Virus record (IMG/VR): IMGVR_UViG_3300035670_013228 | Coordinates: 32,001-96,000 of that record | DNA from: a virus | Direction: 5' to 3' (one strand) | Length of the DNA stretch: 64,000 bases | Shown here: one piece after another, positions 1 to 12,300 of the stretch | How the letters are laid out: every line of letters begins with the position of its first letter | Numbering within the stretch: the first letter of the stretch is position 1 | Program-made: the position numbers and the translations under genes | Notes under the pieces: model-generated | The model's database searches: none | What the model was told of the DNA's origin: nothing | The model's input: the letters and a program-made list of their open reading frames with translations, nothing else

Positions 1-300
1 AATAATAATATTAAATCTTTTGTGACAAATGTTAGAAATAGTGAATATGAATTTTCTTTAGAGCCATTATTAGGTAGAATAGTATTAAAAATACCAGCTT
101 CTCAAACGGCGCTTTATAATTTTACTAGTGCTGTTTATGATTTAGAGCTTCAAGAACCTAATGACTTGTATAGCGGAGGCGGTAAAAAAGTTTTTAGAAT
201 TCTTCAAGGTAATATTACTCTTATAGAAAGAAATGTTCCGGAGGGTAGTGCTTTTTCTTGTAGTTTTGACCAACAAGACGATTGCGGAACCTGTGAATGA
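1..300 (+). CDS. 5'-truncated BppU-like (baseplate upper protein N-terminal-type) virion protein
   Basis: Frame 1 is open from base 1 (NNNIKSFVTNVRN...), so the gene starts upstream of the window. It has the AVYDLEL...VFRILQGNITL pattern typical of BppU_N-like domains, and its TGA overlaps the next ATG (ATGA at 297-300). Confidence 0.6.
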   Translation, partial: NNNIKSFVTNVRNSEYEFSLEPLLGRIVLKIPASQTALYNFTSAVYDLELQEPNDLYSGGGKKVFRILQGNITLIERNVPEGSAFSCSFDQQDDCGTCE

Positions 301-3300
301 ACCAAATAAGTATAAAAGAAATTAGTCCAGAATATAAATATCTATTAATTTCTCAAAAAGATGATTCTGAGACTATTAGCTCAACCAGGCTAGTTATTTC
401 TGATAATTATACAAATAGAATTAGTTTTGTTAATATATCTCAAGGAGAAAAAGGCGATACTGGTCCTGTAGGCCCTCAAGGACCACCGGGACAAGATGCT
501 TTATCATTTACTGTTTTATCTATCGGTAGTGGAGGAACCAATAATACTAACTATAGTAGTGGAAATATTTTATTTTTTGATGGTACAAAAATTACTACTA
601 CAGAATATTCTATACAAGATATTTTAGACGAGGCTCAAACTGGAGCTAATGCTATCACTGGAATTTTGGCTGGTTCTGGTATACATAAAATACAAAATGG
701 TAATAATGTTACTTTAAATACTAAAATTGGTGATGGTCTTCAAATAGATGCCAATAATGCTATTATTGTAGACAATTCTATAGCACGAATAAGCGATTTA
801 ACAGCTGGCTCTATAGAGGGCATTATACCCATATCGAAAGGTGGTACTAATAATAATTTTTATACTCAAAATAGATTAATTTATTTTGATGGATTTAGCC
901 TAAAGTCATTTCCTTTGTCTACTGGTAATTTTTTATTTAGTGGAGTTGCTGTAAATATAGTTGCCGGATCAGGATTAATAGGCGGTGGATCTTTATCTAT
1001 TCCTAGCGGAAGCATAGTAATTAATATTCCACAATCAGCAGATATTCTGGTTGAAGAAAATTCTGTTTCTTTGACCCCAACTGGTACTCCGGGAACATAT
1101 TCGAAAATAGTTACAGACAGTAAAGGAAGAGTAATACAAGGATCAAACCTAACTAATGCCGATATTATACAAATTTTAGGCTATACGCCCTTTCATGCTG
1201 GTAATGATGGAATAGGATCTAATTTAGATGCTGATTTACTAGACGGTCAACACGGATCATTTTATAGAGACGCATCAAATGTTACCGGTATTTTGAACAC
1301 CACAGTACTTCCATCCTCCGTTGAACCTGGAACATATACTAAATTTACTGTAGCATCAAACGGATTAATTTCCGGAGTTTTTTTTGCTAATCAAAATGAT
1401 ATAATATCATCCCTGGGTTTCACTCCTGTGTCTAGTACAGGAACAAAAAATATACTAGGTACAACAAATCTAAATGGCGATGTAAATATAAATGGAGAAT
1501 TATCTATATATGATAATTTACCAATACTATCGACCAATAATTCTTCTATACTACCAGATACTCCAAGAGGTATTAGTTTTATTTATGGGGGATTATTCAC
1601 TACAAAAACCGGTATAATAGCATATTATCCAGCAGAAGATCAACTTAAATTAGTTACTAATATATTTGCGTCCGGTGCCGATACAGATGGCGGTGGTAAC
1701 CAAGATGATCTTAATGGAGGAAATGCAGAATCTATATTCTTACTACAAAATCTTGATGGAGATGCTTCCACAGTATTATTGAGAGAGATTGCTGATAGTT
1801 TATATGTTAAGTTAAATGCTGATGAAGATATCAATGGTATAAAGTTTTTTAATGACAGCATCTTTTTCAGAAAACCACCGGTTCAGATTAGTAATCCTAT
1901 AGGTAATACTAATCCTCCTTTAGTAATAGGTGGAAATACAATCAAGGTTTCGAGTCTTAATGCTGATTTACTAGATGATCAACATGGTTTTTACTATCGC
2001 AACGCATCGAATATTACTGGTGCTTTCAGCTATAATAATGTCACATTCGATCATATAGAAGGTACTCATAATTTTATTCCTAGATTCAATGACACCATCA
2101 ATGATCCGGCCGGTAGAATATCTGATTCAAATTTATATCAAGACAATAGTGGAAATATTAGAACAAATGATGAAATCAATGTCATAATTGGTACGAGTAA
2201 TCCTAAAACTTCTATTAATACACTTACTGTTGGCGTTGGACATATTGTTGATGGAGATAATAACTTAGTTGTTGGAACTAATAATATAGTTTCTGGTAAT
2301 AATTCTATAGCCTTAAATAATTCATGTATAGTAGATGCAAACAATTCTATCGCAGCCCATAGTTATGGCCGAGCGTATGTTTCTAATCAAATGGCTTTAG
2401 GTGCTTTTTTAACTAAAGACGATACTAATAAAGATTTGGAGCATGGTCAAAATACTAGTATCAATATGCATTTACCTGGAACACAAGCGGGCAATACCTG
2501 GTCCGCCCTAACTCCTACAATAACAATTCCAGAAAATAAAACTTTTGCATATAATGTTGATGTTTTAATAAGTAGGGCTTTTGGAACAGGTGTTGCTCAA
2601 TATAGATTCGACAGTGGAATATTTAAAAATGCCACATTCAGAGATTCTAACAATGTTTTTACTGTAGTTAATGTAACTACTCAACCACAACTAGCTAAAA
2701 AGAATGAAGTATTTAATAATTCTCAAATCAGAAATCACTTTCATACTTTCGAACATACCAACGGATCCAGACAGCTTCAAGAAATAAGAACAACACACCC
2801 ACCCCTACAATATAATCCTGTTATTACAGAGAATACTCAATCATCATATTTTTATACAAAGATTCATAAACAATGTTCCGGTACATACTATAAAACTAAT
2901 CATGGAGATCTTGTTTTAGATGTAAATAAACCAATTTATAGTGGAATAGTAAATTTATCTGAAAATACTTATGGTATTAAAATTATATCAAAAAATCATG
3001 GCGTTAGAACAAATTCTAATGTTAATCTACTATTCGAGAATGTTACGGGCTCTCTGCTACCCCTAATAAATGATAATTACAATGTTTTTTCCGTAATCAA
3101 TCAGGATACTTTTTTTGTAGAACAACCGTATTATTCGGGTTATATCACTTATTCTTCTGGACTAAATACGGATTTTGCAACCATCACCGTAGACAACAAA
3201 AGCATATCTGCGATAGATACTAAATATCTTTCTTCAGGAATCAATGCTACTTTAACAAATAATACTATATCAAATTTATCTGATAATAACTTTATTCGTA

Positions 3301-6300
3301 ATTTAAGACTCGATACTCCGATTATTATCCAGTCTGGTTCGTATTTCTTTAATAGATTAGTAAAGAACTATAATTCAAATACTATAGTGATCAACGACCC
3401 TATTGCAACAGGCACAGGATCTCAACAATATGTTATATTAAATGGATTAATGAAAATATATCATATAGATTTTTCTTTTAATCTGTTTAAGAAAAGCAGT
3501 AAGTTTTTAGCAAAAACAAGTGTTGATGGTGATCAGATAATAACAGCCAGTTCCACCGGAGCTATTGCTAATTTTCAAGGATCAAATATATTTGGGGATA
3601 ATATATATAATTTTCCAATTATTGAATCATTCTATACAACTGGCAATGCTTTACTACAAACGTATCAAAATACACACGCTAGAACTGGTTTGGATTACAC
3701 TTCTAAACCCACGATTGTGTTAGAAAATATACCTATTCCAAAAAGATCGTCTTATGGATCCGGAATTCCCGTAAGAATAGCTCCTTTAACTAATAATTCT
3801 GGTTCGGTCTTTCTTTCTCATAAACAAACAATAAATGGTTCTTTTTCATATAATACTACTCAATTTAATCCATATAGATCAGTATATAAAAAATATGATA
3901 ATAATCATATGATGGTTTACTATACTGGTATTGATAAAAGCTTAAATCTTCCATTTACTCCTATCACTTATGAACTAGTTGACGGATTCAATTCCGCTGA
4001 TAATGATTTTTTTAGTCTAGTAAATATAAATGATAAATACTATTTACAAACAACAAATGTATTTAATTATGAAACTAAAAATATATACAATATTAGAATT
4101 AAAGCTATGGATAGGAAGTCCAAAAATTTTCTTGAAAAATCATTTACTATAACTGTTAATAATACAACAAGTCCTTATAGTTTATATAATATTCCTAATC
4201 AAGAAGTTTATATTGATAATTTATTTGATTATACTATTCTTAGTGGTGTGTTTAATGAAGAAGAAAATGGTGGTCCATTAAGTTATTCAGCCAAACTACA
4301 AGATGGTAGAGATTTACCATATTGGTTATTTTTTAACTCGAATACGACAAGATTTACAGGAGTACCTTCGTATTGTGATCTTGGCACATATAATATTAGA
4401 GTATTTGCATCTAATAATGCAGATACTATTTCCAAAGATTTTTTTATTAGGGTAAAAGATCCTACTTTCGAGACATTATCATACGAAAATAATTTTGATA
4501 CTACTATTACAAATATTACTTTAAGTTCTGACAATATTAATGAAAATTTAATTTCTGGAACTATATTTAGTGAGTTAAATGCTATAGGTTCGTATCATCC
4601 TTACATAGAATTTTTAACGGGAGAAAATTCTTTTACGGGAACTTTCTCTCAGAATTCGGATATTGTAGAATGTTTTAACAGATTTGTGTCTTATCCAACA
4701 ACAATAATATCCGGAACAGCAGGACTATTACGTAAGAATTCCTCCATCTCGGTTCCTGCGAATCTTGGACTTTCCGGTCTAATAGCTACTAATGTTTATA
4801 AGCCCTTCGCACTAACCGGCACTCCGGCACTATCAAACGGAAATATTTTTTTAACAAATGCATATAATGATTATACTGACACTTTTTTCTCTGGATTACA
4901 AATACAAACAGATCATCCTTTCCTACCTAGATTTTTTACTACCAAATTTTTTACGGATTACTATGCGAATGTAGGAGCTAGACAAGCACTAGCTTTAGAA
5001 ACGAAAGAAGACGATGTGTGGAGAGATCTTATTTTAGCAGAAAATAATGATGTTATCGTATTAACACATTCTCCATTGACCAATACATTATTATCTACAG
5101 AACTTAGAGAATTACTCGCTACAAACAAAATACCCTTAACAGACGATGAAGAAAACGATATTTTAATAGCTAATGATAGACTAACCCACAATACTATATG
5201 GTCTGTTCCATATACTGGTTGTAATAATGGACTAATAGTTGATGATCAGATTATTTTATCAACTTCTAGAAATTCCTTAATTAATCGTAGTAATATAGAT
5301 AGCTTATTAGAATTACACAATACCAACAATCCATCTGGCCTATCTCTAATGTCTGGTTCTTTTGATATAGAAGTAGAACAATGGTATATAAGAGATTCTA
5401 TATATAATCCAGTTTTATCTTTATATGGTTTTGGTTCTCCTGATTTTTGTACTTTATTAACAGAAGATAATATTGATCTTCTATCCTCAGAATCCGCAGC
5501 ACCAAGTCATATACTATCAAACAACGAAAAAGATCACGGTAGTAGAGTAATACTAGATAATTCTTATGAAATTTTAGATTCTAAATATGCAGTAAAAGAT
5601 AATGGTAAACTATTAGCTAATTCTGTTTTTGATGATCTAATATGTGAAAACCAAGACAATCTTGTTCACGACTATGCTATAGCGTCCAGATCAGGCCACC
5701 TAACCATATTATATCCCGGACATAGACAAAATTACATAACCTTAACTTTTCCAAAAATTGAGTATCATCGATTTTTAACTGAAAATGAGGAATTATTTAA
5801 TGATCAAATTGGAAATATTCTAACTACAGAATCTCGCAAAATCTCTTACGATTTTTCTTATGCTTGGGGCAAACTAATTCCTTTTGATTTATTTAGCAAT
5901 AGATACTTTATTAGAATGAATAAAAAATATTTGGGATCCAATACTACTAGTTTGGTAACATATTCGGAAACACTGCCTATTAATAATAATTATAGTATTA
6001 GCGGCCTAAAACAATACTCATACGTTAGTCAGAGTGGAGATTGTCCAGTAATAACATTTATCACAGGTGTCGGTGGATTCGAATCCACTACCTACTCCAC
6101 TGGTAATTACATCACAGGAGTGGTCGATCTATACACTGAACCCGGAACAGGTACTATTACTCTAAACTTTAATAAAGATATCAATCTAGACAGCAGAGAT
6201 ACCAACAACTTATATCTGTATAATTTTACATCTACCAATAGTAATTTGCAATTACCAGTGATTGGTCAGTATACAGATATTTCTATATTAGATTCTAATA

Positions 6301-9300
6301 CTATTTCTGTCAATAATTTATTTTTTAAGCCCAATAGTGGTATACAATCATCATCTCAAGCCACGGGTTTGTTTAGTTGTAATCTAGACAGAAACCATGA
6401 ATATATTCTAGATAATAATACTATCAATAGGATACCCATAGTTTTTAGAAATACGATTAATAGATTTGGTAATATTGATACATCTGAATCTAACAGACCT
6501 AAAAATTATACTTTCGACATATTGAATATTAGTGGTAATAAAATATATGCTAAAGATAATTTAAACTATTTACTCAAAGAAAATAATAGACCATATTATT
6601 TAGATCAAGATATTAAAAGTAATTATACTACAAATGGTATTGCATTTAGTGGATCATTGTTTAAAAATCATCAATATATATATGATATTAGATATAATCA
6701 ATTTAATTTAGATAATATACAAAAACTAATTAATTTTAGATATAATTATCAAGATCAAAATATAGTACTTACTGTTCCTTCTGGATTTATTGTTCCTTAT
6801 GACTATTTGAAAATATCTTTTCCAACAGGATTTGACTATAGTAATTCTGTAATATCTGGATCTGTCACAAGGTCTTCTGTAATAAATAGTAACAATGTTG
6901 ATCTAGAACCAGACAAAGATCATATTTTATTAGAAACATCTACTAGTATAGATCCGTCTAGTAAGCTTATACAAATAAAATTACCAGCATCACTTCCTGT
7001 GACTTCTTCTAGAGCAGGAACTTGTGTAGTTAATAATAGTCCTATTAATAGACTACAATCCGGCCTATTGATTAATTATCAAAACAGTGACAGATACGGA
7101 TACGAAATAGATTCTATGAAAGATGGTTTTAGTTTTAGTGGTGTGGTTCCCAAAAATCATTCTGTTATATCCACAAATATTACTGGTCTTTTGGATTCTA
7201 ATCATATAGGACATGCTTCTATTTTTACTTCCGGTAATGCTCTATGGTACTCTGGAGCAAGAATTCTGAGACAAGCAAATCATAACGATATTGGATTTAG
7301 TGAATATTATCTTATCAATACAAATATTAGTAATTTAGCACCCGCTAATCTTAGCGGTGTCGGATCGTCTAGTTCTCCGTATTCATATAAAATAGCTTCT
7401 TCTGGTTATAGATATTTAGAATTTTTATACTTAGGACATAATACAAATAATATTAATATTACTGGAATATTAAGTATGGTTTCTGGTGCATTATACATAT
7501 ACCATACTAATCTAACAGAACAATTTAATCAGTATAGATCATTGATTGATCAGGACCTTACGGTTAAAGATACTCTTGTTTATAGTGGAATTAATATTAG
7601 TAATAATATTGGTTTAAGTTTGAACGTTAATAGATTTGATAAAATTAAGATAGAATTATTATCGACTACTGGTATTAGTAATTTTGATTTTAGAACATAT
7701 GTTTCATCTGATATTCTGATTAAACCGTATATATTAGAAAGTTCTGGTACCTTAAATTCTAACTTACCCTTTTATCCTTTCTTTAATCCGGATCCACCCA
7801 CAGTAGTTTATTCTCCACCAACATACTCTCCTATAACAGATCCAAAATATAATATTTTTACAGACACTAATTTTTACATTCTGCCGTATATCAAAGTTAC
7901 AAAACCATATTGTGAAGCAGAATATAATAAAAATCAACAACTATTTTATAACGGTAATATTATTGATTTATATAATTTTGATAGCATTAAATCTTATTTA
8001 TTGATGGGTGATGAGTTGGAAATTATAGATTTTAATAATACTCCTATATCAATCTCGGGAGATGTATGTAAACACATATTTAAGTTTAATCCTTCTAACG
8101 AAGAACTTATTGTTAGTGGATTATCTATAGATGGTGCTTTATCTATATCTCCAAAAATTTCTTCACTCTCAATAGAAAATAATTATAGACATAATATTCC
8201 TTTTGGATTATCTTATAATCAGCTTTTATCTAATACCGGAACAATACGTTTTGTTAAATGTAATTCCGGGAATATAGATGTATATGATTACAATAATTTA
8301 TTCTATCATACTTATGGTGGTACAACAGCGTCTTTCCCATTGGATAGTAGTGGCTCATACGTACAACCTCCACAAACTGGTTCATACAGAGTGATTTATG
8401 ATCCGGATTCTTGCATGTCTGGTACTCTTTGTGTTTTAGTATCGGGATATAGAATTAATGCCTTTAGTGGATTCCCAGATATACGTAATCGATCCAATTT
8501 TTATAAGACCACAAATATTATAGATAGTAATGGAGTAAAAGGAGCTATTAGACCATACGGAACAGATAAAAGAATGTTTTTTGATTTTAATGATGGATTT
8601 CCAGAAATAAGTGACTTTTATTCTGTTGAAGACTTGATACAACCCAATATGCTTTCTATAAAAATACCATATAATAGTAACTACATTAATAAATCTGGTT
8701 TAGTTTTAATTATAGACAGTCATCAGAATATAAAAAGTCATTTAAATCCAAATCTCGACAACTCTTTCGTCACTAGTTCTGCAACATGTAATATAACTCC
8801 TTCAACAATTTTTAATTATTATGATAGAGACGCAAAAAGATGGAAACACACAGTTCATTTACAAGGACAACAACCAGCGTTTGGAGGATATGATCTTTTA
8901 TTATCTGGCAAATCTAGTAAATTGTATTCTATAAATCCAGAACCTATACAAATTTCAGGTATATCATATAGCATAGATGATGGTAATACTTTTTATACTA
9001 TTACTAGCGGATTGACTATTCCGGATAATCTATCCGAATTAACACTTAAAATTACAACATTACAAGGCGACCAACGACTTTTTGAACAAGATCAATTATC
9101 AACTCCTAAAGTTTCTATTTCTGGTTTAAGTAATTACTATGTGGAATTTAATGAACCTGGATTATACGGATGGCATGGCAAGGGTTGGAATATAGGAGTT
9201 AAAATAACAACTCCTCCTCCCAAAATTTATTCCAACAAAGATATTATACTAAGAGTAAAAGATCTTACCGGATTTGATCAAAAGACAATAACCCTAAATA

Positions 9301-12300
9301 AAAGAATTATTCCCGAAGTTAAGCCATTTGCCACAGGATTTGTACTTAATGGTAGCTCATGGCAACTAGGCTTTGATGTTACAAAAATAGATATAGAAGA
9401 TAAATTATTTAACAACGAAATCAGTGTCGATGTAATCGATACTCCTGTCTCCAATAACTATCAAATTTTACATAGTGATAATAAATCAATAGTAGTGGGT
9501 GGTAGTACAGTTGGTGCTACTACCGGTATATATTATCCTAAAATTATTTTGACAGATATTACTACATCTCCGTATACTATACTGTCTAGTGGTTCCGGCG
9601 CTCTAGTTGTTGGATCATCTATTACACAAAAACCACAGTATACTATTCAATTAAATAATTTACAATCCACATACTATTTTGATCTTACTAATCAGTCTGA
9701 TCTTATGTTCGATATTCCTGCGGATCTTGGTCCAGAACCTAATCAGGTACTTAACAATCTAATTATTACATTTAATAATGATATTGCTTACTCCTTAATT
9801 ATTGATTCTTCTTCCTATAATTATGATACCAAAAGAATAGAAGTGGTTGCTACTCCAACAACAACAGGAAATAATCCTGGTTATTATAACCAACCTAATA
9901 AATTTATTAATCAATCTGTTAGTATATCTATCAAGCAGCCAGTATACGATAACTTTGGTAATTATACATATCAAACATATAATAAAACTGCTGGATTTAA
10001 TACTGTATTTTATAAACCGGTTGGTTTTCAGCCAATATCTCAACTATCAACTATTCCTTTTAACATTACTAGTCCTTGGTCTATAGAATTTTATGTATTG
10101 AGTGGTATTTGTCAATTTGATCCTCAATCACAACCTAATGTTAGCATATTTAATACTCCTAATATTGGAAGCTATGAGAATACTCCTATAGAATATAATC
10201 TCGATTATGATTATGATAATATTTTGAAAAAATGGAAAGTTACAGCCTCTTCAACTAAAGATGTTTTTAATAGGTACATAGATCAAACTGGAATATATCC
10301 TATATCTATTTATATAGATGATGATTTTTCTAGTTTTGTAACAAATAATAGTTTTAGTATTAGATATAATCCTGTTACTAAGATGAAAAATATTAATAAT
10401 ACACTATATAGTACTCCTGATAGTATTTTTTATACCAAGGTAGATATCGAAGATACTCTAGAAAATACCACAGATTCTATATCTTTTCCGCCAACGCTTA
10501 AAGAGAGTAGTATTACATTATTATTTAATAAGACAATAAGAAAATATGATACGGATTTAAATATATGGCAAAATTCTTATATTTCAGATAATATGACAGA
10601 TAAATATGATGCTCAGCTTAATATAGAAAATAATATTTTATCTGTTAGCTGTCGAGGCATAGGAAACGATAAAATTATCGCAGTTGCAAAATTAAATACT
10701 ATGGAAATAGAAAGCAACGAACTACAAGGTGTTCCTCTTACTATAACTGGTGTTGCTGGATATTCTCCCGGAGGTGCGATAGAGGTTGAACAAGGAGAAG
10801 ATCCTTGGATACTAACTTTTAAAACAATTGGAGGATTAGCGCATATTAATTATCCACCAACTATTATACTAGAGAATATGCCAACTTTTTGCTCCGGATT
10901 TAATCCTTTAATAGATAATCAATCGCAATGCGCAAAAACACCAGTATGGAATCCTAACGACATGGGTGGTTCGTGGTCTTATATGTTTTCTGGTATACCA
11001 TCTTGTACGCTTCTTGGTCTAAAACCATTCTCTATTACCGCCATAGATACAGATCCGTCCCTACTACCATCTTCACCGTATTTGCCAGACACAGATTACC
11101 TAGAATATGCTTTTGAATATACCGCCGGATCTTTTTCTACGGGCGAACCGCCCCAGATAGTACCTGCTGAAGGAGGTAATGATATTATTAAACCTTTGTG
11201 TAATGTGTTGTATACTAAACAAATTGATTTTGGACCAGTTCTAGAAACATCTTTGTGTGGAGTCGGTCCTACCGGCATCAAACTAATAAATATTAGCGGC
11301 ACACTACCTTCTGGTTTATCATATACAGTATTTTTCCCCGAAGAACTAAATTCTCCTGTGGCCCCATATTCTAATTTGAGTAGTGGATATTTAAGAATAG
11401 AAGGCTACCCATTAACTTTTGCTAGTGGTGGTGCATATTCAGAAAATATAACTCTTAAAATAACAGACGCTAGAAATCTATCAACTTCCTTAAAAATAGA
11501 GTTTACTGATAGTTCTACACCAAATGATCCTGATATTAGTGTCCCTATTTATTTTGATACCGATGAATTACTACTCACCCCATCTACTGGAACAAAAATT
11601 GTTACTGCCAATACAGTTAATGTATGGAGACCATCTCCATCTCCAGAGTCTTTAGTTTGTAGAAGTATATTGCCACACAATAAATGTCAGACTACACAAG
11701 TATTTTATTCTGGTTTTCTCTCTTTAGATACTCGCATATATTTAACTTCTTTGGATCAAAAGGTACCATTGGCTGTTCAGGATGATATTTATATAAGTTT
11801 TGAAACACCAAATGATAATAATAATGGTGCTTATACATTAATGGAAAATGAAAGCGGAATTCATATTCTAGGAAAGGTCAGTTTAATATCTAGTGCTACA
11901 GGCATAGCTAATTTAGTTTTAGCAGACTATAAACAGTTAAATATTTCTAATTTTAATACATTTTTCCAAGGATCTATTATAGATAATACTACTTATTGTT
12001 TACTTGGTGGCGGAAGAGCAAAAATGGACAGCACAGGAAAACGCGGATTAATGGGCTTAATAGGACCGTCTTATAAAGCAAGTATAACAGGATCAACCTT
12101 TTTTGATAGTAGTAATTCTAGACTGAGTGGTCTTGAGCTAACAAGAATAAATACTCAACTGCCACAGTCCTCCTTTGTTTCATGGTCAGACTGTTGGCAA
12201 ACAGGAAGATTATATATAAGTGGTATCGTGCTACCCTCCATAAATGCCGAGATAACGGATCCGCCTCCTGCACAAAATAGATTATTTACATTTAACAATC

